Source: Raillietiella orientalis (taxonomy: Eukaryota). From it: 64,000 nucleotides of DNA. The notes under the pieces are model-generated. The model did no database searches. It was not told where the DNA came from and saw only the letters and a list, made by a program, of their open reading frames with translations. Of this stretch, positions 1-13,500 are shown in pieces. A program made the translations under genes and the position numbers. The DNA is taken from NCBI GenBank assembly GCA_036172245.1, contig JAYWIR010000039.1:1-64000 (forward strand), read 5' to 3'. Each line of letters opens with the position of its first letter. The stretch's first letter is position 1.

Positions 1-1510
1 AATTGGAATTCTTCGGTATTAGAAGCCAAATCCGCCCCAGGAACTCATCAGCGACGACATCATTGTAGGGCAATGATGCAGGAAGGCGGAACCGATCCTC
101 GATCCGTGCAATCATGGACGCCGGCGGCGGAGTTCAGGTCTCGCGGCGCTTCCGACCTCACCTCCAAGTCGTCGCTCATCAGCCACAAACGTCGGCAACG
201 CGCTCACAGGAACCATTGGGTGCGGGCAGTTCAAGGCGACGTACCACCCCTTCTAGGCTTGATGTTGGCTCCACCTACGACTACAAGGCGAGGTTCGCAA
301 AACGTTGCATTCATACAGCAGGCGGCTGGTGCTCCAGGACACCATCTGCCGACAACTCCAAGGGGAGCATCTGCAGCCATCCAGGAAGACTGCTCTCGCG
401 ATCGCAAGAGAGCGCGTTCGCCGCAGCTGCGGCCCTTCGCTGCTTCGGGAGCCGGCCAGTTTGGTTGGCTTTCCTCGGCGGTCGAGTCCGTGCGCGTTTT
501 GCCCCGGGATGCAGCGGAATGCGTCCCTCGGCTAGCATGCTCCTTGGGTTTCTTTTTTGTCGATGAGAAATGCCAGTGCCGATGCCTCTCCTCTGCTGCT
601 GCATCCGCTCATTCTGGTGCGAGCCATTCCTGCGATGCCGGCGCTGTACTTTCCGCAGACGCGATGGACCAGGATGGAGCTTCCGAATGACTCGTGCAAT
701 CGTGAGCCAATGCACTGCAACGCCCTTTCGCACCATATGCTCGGTCCAGCCCGTCACCCACCCTGTCAACAGAGGACGCTTGCTGCAGCCACACCTTGGG
801 ATTTCGGATGCGATGCGGCCGGCGGCGAGCACTTGTTCCTTTAGGCCATCCATGCAGCGCACCTCCCATCACGATCGCGAGATGCTGCTTCCCTCCGCAC
901 GTGTTCAGCCAATTCAAGGCCCACCGCGCACACATTCCATCTCTGGAGTCCTGTGTCCCGCGCGCGCCATTATGTGAGGCCGGTCCTCTGAGCACGGAGG
1001 TAGTGACCCGTGTCGCGCGCCTCGCTTGACGTAAACGATCCTCCACTCCCAGTTTCCCAGCGCGCTTACGGGCACTCATCGAAGAAGGGGAGGCGACCGG
1101 TGGACAGGGACCCGTTCGGGAGTCTGAAAGCTCCAGTCCGGGCTGGAGAAGGCTAGGAGACAGTCGAGTCGAGAAGCGCGTCTAGCGGAAGCACTGCAAC
1201 GGGAAGGTTCCTGCATGTTCGCGGAGCGCTCACTGAGGTCTCCCCGGACGAAATCCGTCGCTGATCCCTGCGACGAGTTGTTCCTTCCGATGCGGGGCAT
1301 CATCAGAGGAACAGTGAGAGGTCGATGGGACAAGGAAGGGTGGTTCCGGAATTCCTCTTGGAGTTCCCCCAGCCACGCCTCCTACTGGAGGGATGAAGGG
1401 GCCCTCCCTCTCACCCATCCCGGGAAAGATCCTCTTCCGTTTGGCATTCGCGGAACCCCAGAGAACAGTGTATTCCAGGCAGAGGCGCTTGCGAAGCCGG
1501 AAAAGAGGAT

Positions 1511-4500
1511 TCAGTAGCTAAAGATCTTCTTCAGGGAATCCAGGATGCTGGCCGAATTGTCGTTCAACCACTGCATGTTGGCGCGGGTCCTGCTGGCAGC
1601 TCGCCTGCAGGCGGACGCCAAGTCCTCACGATACGAGAATTTGCCGGCGAGTTCGTTGAACTGGAAGAAAACCGGAAGGTCAGGCCAGGCTACTCCTCTC
1701 AGCGTCCCCATGCCGTCGAGAGCGCTTCCCACCCTCCTTTCCATCGGGCGTCCACTCTCCGGCCCACGCGTCCCAGAGAGAGATCGAAAAAGCCGAGCCC
1801 CCTCCGGCCATTCGCCGCGAATGAAGAAAGGAGGGAGAGGAAGAACGTCACTCTGAGCCGTGGCAGGGTGCAACGGGAGGCGTTCCTGAAATGGAAGCCT
1901 GCAGGGAGGAGGAGCGGTGGACGAGCAGAAGCGGGGATTTCCTGCTTTCCTTCTTTCCCGGAGCTTCCGGGTCGAGTGGAGGGAAGAGAACCCTTACCTG
2001 CTGGCCCTCCAACCAAAGGGAGACGGTGGAGAGGAGGGTTCCCAGGAGAGGGCGCATCTAAAAAGGGGACCGGCGATACGAGTAGTTGCCACGTCTACAG
2101 GCGCCTTTCCTCTCCGAGAGGAATCGGGTGGGCGGGACAAAACCAGATCGGGCGCAAGGCCACGACAGGGCGTGGAGGACGAGAGGGTGCGTGGTCCACG
2201 GAGATGCATCCCGCCATTCTTCCGCTGATCGGGGAGCCACGGGGTAGCGTCCCACCCACTCCCGTTATGCGGGACCTTCTGGCGTCCCGACATCCTTCCC
2301 GGCATCCTCATGGACCCGCTGCGCCTTCGCATCGCTCGTAGTGAGGGCTGCGCTCTCATACAGCACATGCGCGCAGCGCGGAGCGAATCGAGGAAGAATC
2401 ATCCCCAAGGACACCACACAAGCACCGCCTCCACGGCTCCCCCTCCCACCGCGCGTGGCTCCCAACCTCTCTCTCAGTCGGAACTTGAGCGACAAATACC
2501 TGGTCCTCCTGGATCCCAGTGCTCGTGTACCTGGAGAACTCGGTCAGCACATCGACGATCCTCCGTGCTTTCCAGTCGTTGACCCTACGGAGGTAGCAGC
2601 GCCTCAGTCAGGGGAAGGGGTCAAGTTCGGCGGGCATCAGTCCGCAGGACGCACGCTTCGTCCTTCTGAGGGGGGAAGAAAGAAGAATCCGAAATCCATC
2701 CCGGAAGCAGGGCTCCGAAATCTGCTCAGGGGCAGCCCGCAGGGTTTCCCCAGCGTCTCCGCTTCCCCAGAGTAGGACATTCCGTAGACTCGGAAAACAG
2801 TCCTCGCACTCACTGGATCGCTCACCTGGGAGGTATGGGAGCGTCCTCTTCCGCGAGGCTGTGGCAACCGAGCACCTGCCTGCGAGGACGCTCCTCGTGC
2901 AGAGGAGACCCGTCAAGGAAACCACCTGGTCACCGGAGGGCAGCAATCCGCGATCTCGGCAAGAAATGCCTGCAAAGCACCGCCGGACCCTGCTGACATC
3001 TGCTATGGCGCTTCCCGACAGCCTGGCGGCTGCCAGCGCCCAAAACGGGGCACGGACGCGTTGAAATCAGAGGGGGCAGGGATGGGAGAGTAGACGGAGG
3101 TCATCCACCTACTGATACGGAAACTGTTCCTCCTTTCCTCCTCTCTTCCCTTTCCCCTATACAGGAGAGCATCGCAGATTCCGCAGACCTTTCATGAAAT
3201 ACCCACAAATCGTAAAATGATGAGCTCTGGACCCACCCCACCCCACTCCCAAGTTTGCTGCGGCTGCAGTTACTCCAAAAGATTGAAAGAGACGCAAGGA
3301 ATAAAGAAGCGAGACGATGAAAGGAGAAGAGGACAGTGCAAGGAACAGGTAGAAACGAGCAGGGGACCCGCTGGACCACATCTGCCGGCAAACACATCAA
3401 CCAGGGCTGCCACCTCCGTGTTACAGAGGTAGACTCCAGGAAGGAGCCTAATGCCCTGAGGGAGTTCGGCCGCAAGTTTTTCTGGTCCTTCAGGTGATGC
3501 GAAGGACTTTTTGCGGAAAGCAGGAATGCCTTCATCGCCGGAGCTCGGAACTATACCTTCCCATCCCATCCAGCACATTGAAGACCACCTCGGTCGCCTC
3601 GGGGTTCAGCGCCAGAGCTTCAGAGTACATCCGAGCCTGCTCGTAGGACACCTCTGCGTTTGTCAGCACGTACAAGAGGTCCCTGCAAAAGGAGCCGGGC
3701 ATCATCACACGTGGACTTTCTCCTCGTTTCGATGAGAGCAAATGCAGAAAGCATCACTCCAGAGAGCAGCAGCGAACGTGGTGGAGGAAAAAGGCAGACG
3801 AAAGGCAAGGCCTACCCCCACGCGGAGCACGTGCTCCAGGCTTCCGTAGCCTGCGACCCAAACGCTCAGAGGAACAGAGCATCCCTGCGTTCACCCCTGC
3901 CATCCCTGCGTTCACCCCTGCCATCCCTGTCCGCTGTCACAGGTTCTGGAGGAGCCTCTACCTACCGGATCCCCATCTCCTGACACCCGTGAGGGCGCCA
4001 GCAGGTCTGCTTATCCCCCGAGAGGAGATGGGCCGTTGGCGAGAAATGTCCGCCTAGCCGCCGAGATTCCTCTTCAAGGCCGATTGAATGATCAGAGCGA
4101 ATGCCTGAATTAGACCTCCGCGCGGGGAGCAAGAGAAGAGATCCCTTCGTTCCCCTTCACAGGAAAGAACTGCGCGGGAACCGGACATGCCAACTACGCA
4201 AAGGGGACTGGGGTAAGCACCATCTCGTCTTCCGGAAGCTGGAGCGGAAGGCGACGTCTCGTTTCTCCCGTTCCTGTTCCTCGCCAGACTGGCGGCGTTT
4301 CGAGGAACCCGGTTCCGGTTTCCGGTTGTCTGCGAAATAAGACTACTCCAGCCTATCCTCCTGCGGGACTGGACAGCCTCTGGACAACAAACCGTGCGGA
4401 TGACTCGGTGCTGGAAGACTGTACGGGTGCATGCAAGGGGAGATCTTCATCAGCTCGTATCCGGAGGGAACTATCGAACGAGGAGGCGTCGCGCAGTTTT

Positions 4501-7500
4501 CCATAATTTTCTTTCGTCGGCGGCAACGATCCGCGCGATCATGCGGGTCCTCTGCCAAGGAGACGGTGGACAAGGTCGACGGGGTCACGCGTGTTTTCTC
4601 GTTTGAGCAAGAGACAGCCCGCATAGGTCACGCAGCGAGAACGCAAGGCGAGTCTCTCATGGTGGGGACACTGCTTACGCGAAGTGTCCTTTGTTTCCAA
4701 AGCGGCGTCACCCTCTCCACGGATCCAGTCAAGATGGGAGGATTTGCCAATTCCAGTTCGGACCAGCAGCAACGGGAGGATGACGCTCTTCATTCGGCGA
4801 GTGGATGAGCGGGAAACCTCCAGAAGGAGAGCGAAAGCGGGCTGCAGGATCTGCCAACAAGCGTTCGCCCTATTGCCACAGGGCAGGCGACGGAGAGTCC
4901 TCTGGTGAACCAATCGGTCGGGTGAAGCACGCGGTGGTCGCAACGCCTGCCGCCTCCTCCGGATCGAAGAAGTGCCGCTTTCGGGTCTTTTGCGCAGGTG
5001 ATGACGTTCCACGGAAACAATTCGGGGTGGGAAGAGGTGCGATGCGTCCGCGGAAGAGGATGAGAGCATCCGCGCGCTGCGGGTGGTTCTTCCTGGTACG
5101 ACACGGCGATTTGGCAAGGCACACATTTGATTGCGAGGGCGGACCGTAAGGCTCGCCTGAAACCTCTCGAATGGCATCCATGCTCATCGAGATATTCAAG
5201 CTCTCAACGCGGAGCGCAGACGCACGGATCAGCTCAAATGCCGCGTTCTTCGCATGGGCGTAGGCGAGCAAAGGATCGAGGCAGACAGCATCTCTCACCG
5301 TTCTATCAGGGATTTCTTTGCCTGGCACCCCATCGCGAAGAATAGGTCGTTCTTCAAATGAGGAGAGTCGGAATCTCCGTCGGGAAGGGCGGTGCCATTC
5401 TTTTCACTCTGGCAGAGGTAGGCAGCTCTCAGATCCAGGCACCTGGAAAGGAAAGGATGAGCGTGCGCGAGGCAGGCGAGACGAGGAAGGAAAAGACGGC
5501 GCTGGCGAGCCTGCAGTCCGACCACCTGCAATCACGGTTGCAGGTTGGTTGGCGTAGATCGGTGGGCGCAGATCTGACGCGAGCGCATCGCACGGAACTC
5601 GGGACTTCCCCTGGAAGTCCCTCGCGAGCCGTGCGATCTCGGCTGAAGGGTGGCGCTCGCATGCGACAGCTCCCAGGAAAGGGAGGCGCCCAAGAAAGTC
5701 TCGTCGACGGGAGGGGAAGCTGTGATCGAATCTCGAGGTCTCAACGAGGACCTGCGGCAACTCGAGACTGAGGGAAAACGTACTGCCGCGCCTGCGCATT
5801 CGTGTAGGAGTGCATACGTGTTGCACGGAGTTGAAATGTGCGGAGTTATAGTCAGCCAAGCTTTCCTCAGCAAGCGGTTTTGCAGCACGCTTGAAAAAGG
5901 TCCAGCGAGGGAATCAAGTGTACGGTGGAATGGGATCGCGAGAACTGCTCTCGGCATCCGTGGCGAACAAAGGAAGTACCGCGTTTGTTTCCAGCGTGGT
6001 TGCTCGAATGTCTTCCCATGGGGAGGATTTCCTGGAATGCGCTTGAGTTGTCTCCATTTTGATGTTTGCGTTTTCACCGGTGAGTGCAGCCGGAGGTGCA
6101 AAACCTGCTTCCAGTTCCCGATTACCCCTTCCCTCACCGCAGCGTTCCCGCCTTCTTTCTCTTCTGTTTGCTGTTGCCGCTCCCAACGTCCTGTCCGCGG
6201 CAGGGTGCTTCGGCTAGGAAGCGCAATCCCTGCTCACGTGTGGGGACGTCGCTGCCAGGGTCGGCCGTGTTAACGAGGAACTTGGGAACAGCTGAGGGTG
6301 CGTATCGTTCTACTTCCTTCCTGCTGCGGGGGGATATCGGGGATGCTACCGCGCGCGAGGACAGAGACATCCCGCTCGGGTTGCTCGAGAAGGCCTCACA
6401 GTCGACCGGGAAACCGGAAAGAAGCCACCAAAAGCGGGACCGTTGGGTGAAGCTTGTTGCACATCCACGCGAGCCTTCTTGAGTAGGATTCAGCTCGAGT
6501 GGCGATACTATCCTGACAAAAACTCCCATATTCATCATCATTCTCTCACCATCAGCAATGATTCTACTTTCCACAATTAGCAGAGACATAATAGCCCCCA
6601 TCATAGCTCTGACCGCCTCATCTATCCGACTACTCTCGGGGTCAATGGTGACTTTCTGAAGGGTGGCGTGTGATGTGGGATCAGCGGGACTGTTAAGTGA
6701 GCGTTCGTGGGACGCTCGGAAGGCGAGCTGCGAACCGAAAGATCTCTTGTCAGCTGGCAGCGACGAACCACCGAAGGCCTCCTGCGTGTTCTTTCCCGTG
6801 AAAGAGAGGCCTTTCCGCGACGGAGAGAGACGGGACGAAATGAAAGGGTCGAGCGTGTTGCATGTGCGTGTGCCTCGTGTCTCCGTCATGAACGGCTTGG
6901 AATGACGATCTGAGTCGCCACTTTCGTGCGCTTGGAAAACAGTACAAAGGGTGCGAATGCGATCCGTAAAGGATGCTTAGAGAGTCGTGATTCACAGAAA
7001 CACCAGCGGAATGTGAAGTCATTAGTGTTTCACTGGGGTAGGGTGGCACACCTGAGAACGATATGACATACTGAACTCATTGATCAGCTCTTCCCGTTTT
7101 TCTGTTTTCATGATCTCACATGTGATATAAACGGCGTTGCCAGCAACTCCATCTTCTTATCGATAGGGAAAGCAAGGGAGCATGAATCCAGTTTTAGGTT
7201 AATTATTAGGTGTTCTCCGTGTTATGAGGAGATGGACGGCCTGGTTATTAGGTAATTGGTTGGATAATGAGATTCCTTCGGCTGATGAAGGTGTATCATC
7301 ATGGCTGAAACGGAGGAAATGTGTTCGGAATTCTCCTCTTTCATATTTTTCTCTCTGTGTGTTTTTTAATGTGTTATATTACTGGTTTGTTAATGTTTGC
7401 ACTTATGACGACTAAACGCCTACGTAGAATCAGAATCTTCGTGGTTTCCACAGAGAGTGAGATCAAGTTTGGATGCGTTTGGATAGGTTTTGTATAGATA

Positions 7501-10500
7501 TGGAGTGACTAATGAGTGGAAGACTAGAGCGTGGGAACCCAGGGTTGTGATGTGTTGTAAGCAGGTTGAATGATCACGGGGTGGCTGCGGCTTATTCTTT
7601 GGTGGTTGCTAGTGGTGAACTTGCAGGTGATGAGGTGGAGGTCATCGATGATCGATGATAGCTCACTCCTCATTTTGAATCCTACCAAATTATTTTGAGA
7701 GGGATTGCTTGTTGTTGATTCATTGTCCAGGCAACCAATCTACGTATTTTAGAAGTGGATTCCGCTAGAGCTTTGTTTAGTGCGTGGCGCCTCATTTTGA
7801 AATTTGCTTTTGTTTTAGCGCGTTATACGCCTTAAGACTGAGACTATGGTTATGAGTTGGATTGGCTGGAATGAAGACGGACACGAATAAAGCTCTGAAT
7901 TTTTCGTTGGAAGTTTTGATGAGATCGTAGTCAAGCGCGTGTGGCTCAGTTTGTCCTCGTCTGGCCAGTGTTTCTAGTCAAAGACCAAGCCGCAATCTGC
8001 CTTCGAGAGATCACAGACTCAGAGGATGGAGAGAGTAACGCAGAACCTGATGACAAGAGTTTCGACGGTCCTCGAAAAGAGGACGAAGGAGCGAATGCCG
8101 GGCGGAGGCGAGCGACGGTCTGGAGGCACTTGCTGTCTCAAACTTACCACTCTTCCTCATTGAGGTAGATTTCGTAATTTTCTTTCCACCAACTGTTGCA
8201 ACTGGGGCTTCCGGCCTGGCAGGCGAGGAGGGTGAGCAGTTCCCTGCTCCTGATCTCCACGTAAGCCTCGTTGCTGTCTTCGAATTCTTGGCAATTGTCC
8301 TTCAGAGCAAAACCCGTCTGGTTGCTGATCTTTTCAAACAGATTCTGAGACACCGGACGCTGTCATGAGTGACAGGCGAGATTGGAACTCCAGAAACATA
8401 CCCGGAAATGTCCAACCAAATCGCCAGACCTCTTGCTGTCACCCTGGGGCTGCATAAGACGCCACACAAAGAGCATGCCGTGGAGGAAATAGTAAAAGGA
8501 GATATCCGGCTTCTGTCTTTGAAGAATCTTCAAGGACAACTCGGAGAATGAGCCGTAAAGGAGATGATTATTTCGTGATAGAAGATCGAGGTCGAAGATC
8601 AGCTGCGAGTATCTCATGGAATTCGAGGTCTTGTTCATCGAACTTATAACCACGTCCCAGTTGTCTTTGTAATCCACGTGGTACAGTCCAAGCATCATTC
8701 TGTTGTACTGAGTTTTCCTTTCTGAGATCTGCACATCCATGGTATCTTGGTCCATCCACAGCTGCTTCGAAGAGTGTTCATCGATCCTGACAAACAGCAG
8801 AGTGGGAAGCAGATCTTCTGGGCCACCATTGTCAAGATAAAACGATTCCTGGAAGAAAGGATGAGGATGAGAGAAGTAAGCACCTCTACTTGACTCGGGA
8901 AGGCAGTAAACCAATCTGTTCTCATCTCAGACTGGGTGGACAAAGAGCATCCGTCCTTCGGCACGTGAAGGAGGCTGCTGCTCCTCTGAGGGATCCCTCG
9001 TTTTCTGTCGAACCTTATCAGCTCCCTGGGAATTTTTCTAAGCCAAACAGGAGATGCCAAGGAAAGCATCATGGAGGGCTCAAGAACCGCTCAATATTCT
9101 GGAACGCCTCTCCAAGGTGGAAGCGGAGACTACCGTTTCCACCTTGAAGACGTGCCCCCCTCCGCTCACGGCAGGAAATTGCAGTCGTAATCATCGCTTT
9201 TGAATGCCAGCCCTGGCCTCGTGGCGGATTTTCCTCCCATAGGCAGCTCGAGCAGAGAGGGAAAGGGGAAGGGTGGACAGGATTGGGATGCGGTATTCGT
9301 AGGCTGCGAGCAGTAATCAAGAGAGATCCCTCGGTTTCCGGACGCAACATAGCCTCAGGAACAAGAAGTTTACCACGAGAAAAGGAAGGGATGCCTTCGA
9401 CGGCAAACGGTTGAAGAGGCGTCCCTGAATGTCGAGGGATTCTTCAGCCCTCCTGGTATTTTCTTGGGAAAAGGAAAACCGACTGCGTAGGAGAAAGAAT
9501 GAGCAATAGGAGAAGAAATTAATGGGTGGGAAAGAGGCAAATAGGAGGTCGTGAACGCTGCCCTGCAGAGCAGATGAGACAGACCCAAGGAACGCCTACC
9601 TTCGTCAGGTGGACTTTGTCCGCGTCCTGCGAGACGGAGATGAGCGGGTAGCCCCAAGATTCCATCCACTTGCCGACCACCGCGGGGTCAGAGAACGACT
9701 TCGAGATGGCGGACAGGAAGTCGAAATGCGGCTGCTGACCGACGAGGAGCAGTTTCGACTGGAACAGTCCGAACTTGTGAGCGGCGACCTCGCTGAACAC
9801 GGCTGCCACTGGGAGAAGGAAAGAAAGCGGGAGCGTTGCCAGCAGAACGTGACGGAGAGCATATCGGATCTCCTGCAGGAGCCCGCCACTCTTGCGCGGA
9901 ACGCTTTCCCTGATACAGGGGGACTGCTGAGCCGCTCCCTCCGTGCTCCTAGATGACCCCGAGGGAGTTCACTCATCCGCGTCCTCCCCATGCGGACATG
10001 AGGGAGCACAACCCTCAGAAGCGATGAGAGATGCCGCCTTGTCACTCCTCCTACTTCTTCTAGGGAGGTTCCAGGGATGCTGGCACGCTGCCCTGAGGAA
10101 TTCCTCCTACTTTCCTTATCCCGCCGAGGCATGCCGACGCATCCTCTGCAGAACGCGCGCCACGCCCACCCCCTGCCGTTTTACCCCTCTCGCCTCCCCT
10201 CACTATGCACAGTCGCATCCCTTAGTGCGTTCCCAGAGTCAGGATGAGTCAACAGGCGTGGGGAGGCAGACACACCAGCATGGGGGGACGGACAGGAAAA
10301 GCGGGAAGGCTGAGGCTTAAGAAAAGGAAACATCCCAGCTCCACTTCACTACAGGACCCCGATCAGCTGAGATCCTTTCGATTCCTGAGCCCTTGTAGGA
10401 GACGGGACCTCGATCAATGTCAATCGGCTTGCACGTGCTCCTGATGCTCAGGAGGACTAGTGTCCTGGGGGTTTCCCGAGCGCTCCCTCCCACCCTCCCA

Positions 10501-13500
10501 TCCTCCGGAAAAGGGAACAACTTCCCCCCCCAGGAGGGAGACCACAGTGCGACTACCCCCTACCTCTGTCCAAGTTCATGGGTGCCTGGGAGTGGTGGCG
10601 CCGACTCTCTTGGTCTGGAGCCAAACGGAACATCTCCTCTTCCATGTTCGGGCACTGGACGTCGATGAGGAAGGCGCTGCGGGACGCCACGTTGTATGGT
10701 CCTCCCTAGATTTTCAGGAAAGAGGGAAGGTATCAGAAGGACCAGAAAAGGTTCTCTCATGGGGAGATGTCTCCGATAATGACCCCTTTTTGGCCTCCTT
10801 GCTCTCGCACGCACAGGAGCAACGCACCTGCGAGACGTACGAAACATACACAGCCAGCCCTGGGAAGTAGGGTGGTACGTCGCCTTCAGGAACGCCAAAC
10901 TTCTCGCTCCACATGAGGAAAAAAAGTTCCCCGAGATGCTGGAAGTACTTCCTCTTTGCTGCCACGGGGGCGCTGTCGCTGTCGAAGAACAGCGCTGACT
11001 CCCTGCAAGATTGGCAGTCGTTCCTGGTAGTTTGCGAAGCCATCGCTAAATGACGCAACAGGTAAGGTGCACGGGAGAAATGAAGGAAGGAAGGGAGAGA
11101 GCAGAAAACAGCGTCCCTCATGGCTCCTTTGCCTCCCCAGATACTTAGGAAGCGTCGGGATGAACCCCGTGCACTTCCACCGTCCTCCTGCACGCTTCTG
11201 GTGCAGTGCCTCCTTCGAGGTCGATCTCAGCTGGAGGGAGGACTCTACTCGAGCTGGACACAAGGTCGCTAGGTGGCAGCCCACAGCTTTCCGTGGCCAA
11301 AGAGACGTCCCTGCTCTTGTTCGGAGCAAAGTGGCGATAACAGCTAATCAAGGTTGCGTACAGCCTGCGAAGTACATATAGGTACTCCTAATCTCTTCCC
11401 TACTTAGAAGAACGACAAAAGAAATGCGCAAATGGATCTTCGCTGAAGGGACTCGTGCTCTGTCCTTTCGAAATCGGTCAACGACAGCGTGCTGGGGAGA
11501 GGCACGGTGCCGTAAGCATGCACGCTGCGGCTGCCGTCCGTTTCCGAGAAAATTTTTTGGCGCTTCCTCTCTGCCTCGTATCCTTCCTCGGTTCCCAGAG
11601 GGCGCGAGCACCTCTCCGGGAAGCCACGAAAGACTTGCCGCATGCCAGGGTTGTCCTGGGTCTGTCCAGGGTCTGTCCAGGAGGACAGTCGATTGCTCAC
11701 GAGCAATTCCTTCCGCCATCCTTTCCCCCCTCACTCCACACGCAGCTGCAGGCACCAAGGGATGCTCTTCGCATGCGGACTTCTTGTTGGACGGCCAGCG
11801 TCGGAGGCTTTGTGGTTAAGTCTTCCACTCGTGCAACAGAAACTGACCCCACTGCGCCGCTGGGCTTCGAGTTTCTGCTGCAATGGAGCTGGTTAGCCAA
11901 AGCTTTCGGGTGTGGCATCGGGATTGGTTAAAGCCAGGGGCCCCCGATGAAGACCGGAACAATGGGAGTCGACCTTCGGGTCCTTCCAGGAATCAAGGAG
12001 TGGATAGTTCCCCCTCCGATCGTACAACGGAGTGCGAACTTGCCACTCCTCATCTTGAAATCGGTGGGGGGACCCTGATTTCAAGATGGAGCAGGAGGCT
12101 TCACAGACACCTCTCCAGTCGTTTAAAGGAGAGGACACCGCCTGTTGCGGAGGGGACCCTCCGAGTCGCTGCCTCTTCAAAGAGTGCAAGGAAGCAAGCG
12201 AGAGTGATCTCCTTGCGGGAAGCTGCAAGCGCCCCTTCTGAATTTTCGAAGCGTCCCTTCGGGGCTCCCTTCAGAGGAGTGAACAGGAGCGGTTCCCTTG
12301 AGGATTCCCTCGGGAAAAGAAATTCCTACTAGTGGATCCTTTCTGGGTTCCCTTCGGAGATGAAATGGAGAGAACCACTCCTCCTCCCGGGGGTATCCCT
12401 ACGGAGAGAATGAGAAATGAAATTCCCTTCGGGGTTCCCCTTCGGAGACAACCAGGCTAGGAGGAGCAATCCCCCCCCTCCGGAGGATCCCTCTCAAGCG
12501 TGAGAGGAACGGACTCCGAGTCCTTCCTGAATTCATAAGGCCGACCCCCATCCCGGGGTATCCCCTATCCTGAAGAATTACACGTCCCCCTGCGGGTTGC
12601 CGCAGGCTGAGTGGTGTGGAAACAAAACAGTGTGTTTAAAGAGCCACGTGCGCCGCGAGGCACGCGACCGGCTCTTGAGGTGCTTAGAGAACCAAAAAAA
12701 AGAAAACCCGGAAAAAAAAAGCTGGAAGGAGAAAATAGCAAAGACAAAAGAAAAAGAAGTACCCAAGAATTTTCTTCATCACTTCCGGGACCCCTCTGGC
12801 TCCCCTCCTCGGAAAGGAAACAGGAAACGGAGGGTAGGTGCCGCGGCAACCAGGTGAGACGCGTCCTTCGGTGACCACTCACCCCACAAAGAGCACCTCT
12901 GGCAGGTAGCGCTCGCCGAGGAGGAACTGGTCGGGCATGACGACGATGTGCAGCTGCTTTCTGGTCAGGCGCAGGTTCTTGGCGAAGTTACGCATGTGGG
13001 TGTTGAAGTGGGCAGAGGCCAGAATTAAGAGGTACCCGCTCTCTTCCCGGTAGTGCACAGTGATGTCTCCGTCGGAATCTGACAAGATCCCCTCTCCTAG
13101 CAGTGCGAAGCGCACCGAGTCGGGAAGGGCGTTCTTCCATTGGATGCACGAGTAGCCCTCTCGGAAGCTGGAAGGGTACGGGTAAGAATAACGGCGGAGA
13201 AAGACCAGGCAGAGGACGGAAGGAGGGGTGGAGGCATGACCAAGGTGTGTGTGGCATGGAAGCCAAGACCTCCTTCTCCCCCCACATCCCACGGAAGGAG
13301 AAGTCTCCCGGAATCAGCATGTCACCTGGTTGATCCTGGTGCCCTTACCTCTCACATGCTTCCCTGTTCGGCACCGCTGTCATCTTGAGGCCGTTCGAGA
13401 AGAAGAACACGATCGGAGACCTGTAGGCGGAATCTGCGAGGCAGGGAAACAGCTTCCTGGCGTTGGAGCCCAACGCCTCAGTCATCGTCATCTTCCTGGA

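Noticed and set aside
73..1080. Overlapping ORFs, including IRAIMDAG (reminiscent of a BEL/Pao protease motif)
   Set aside because: A single weak motif in GC-rich DNA where long ORFs arise by chance; no supporting motifs.
3415..3460. Possible extra small exon of the aminopeptidase-like gene
   Set aside because: Weak splice sites, and the flanking exons already join in phase.
11960..12560. Palindromic repeats as a CRISPR array
   Set aside because: No regular repeat-spacer periodicity, no cas genes, eukaryotic context.
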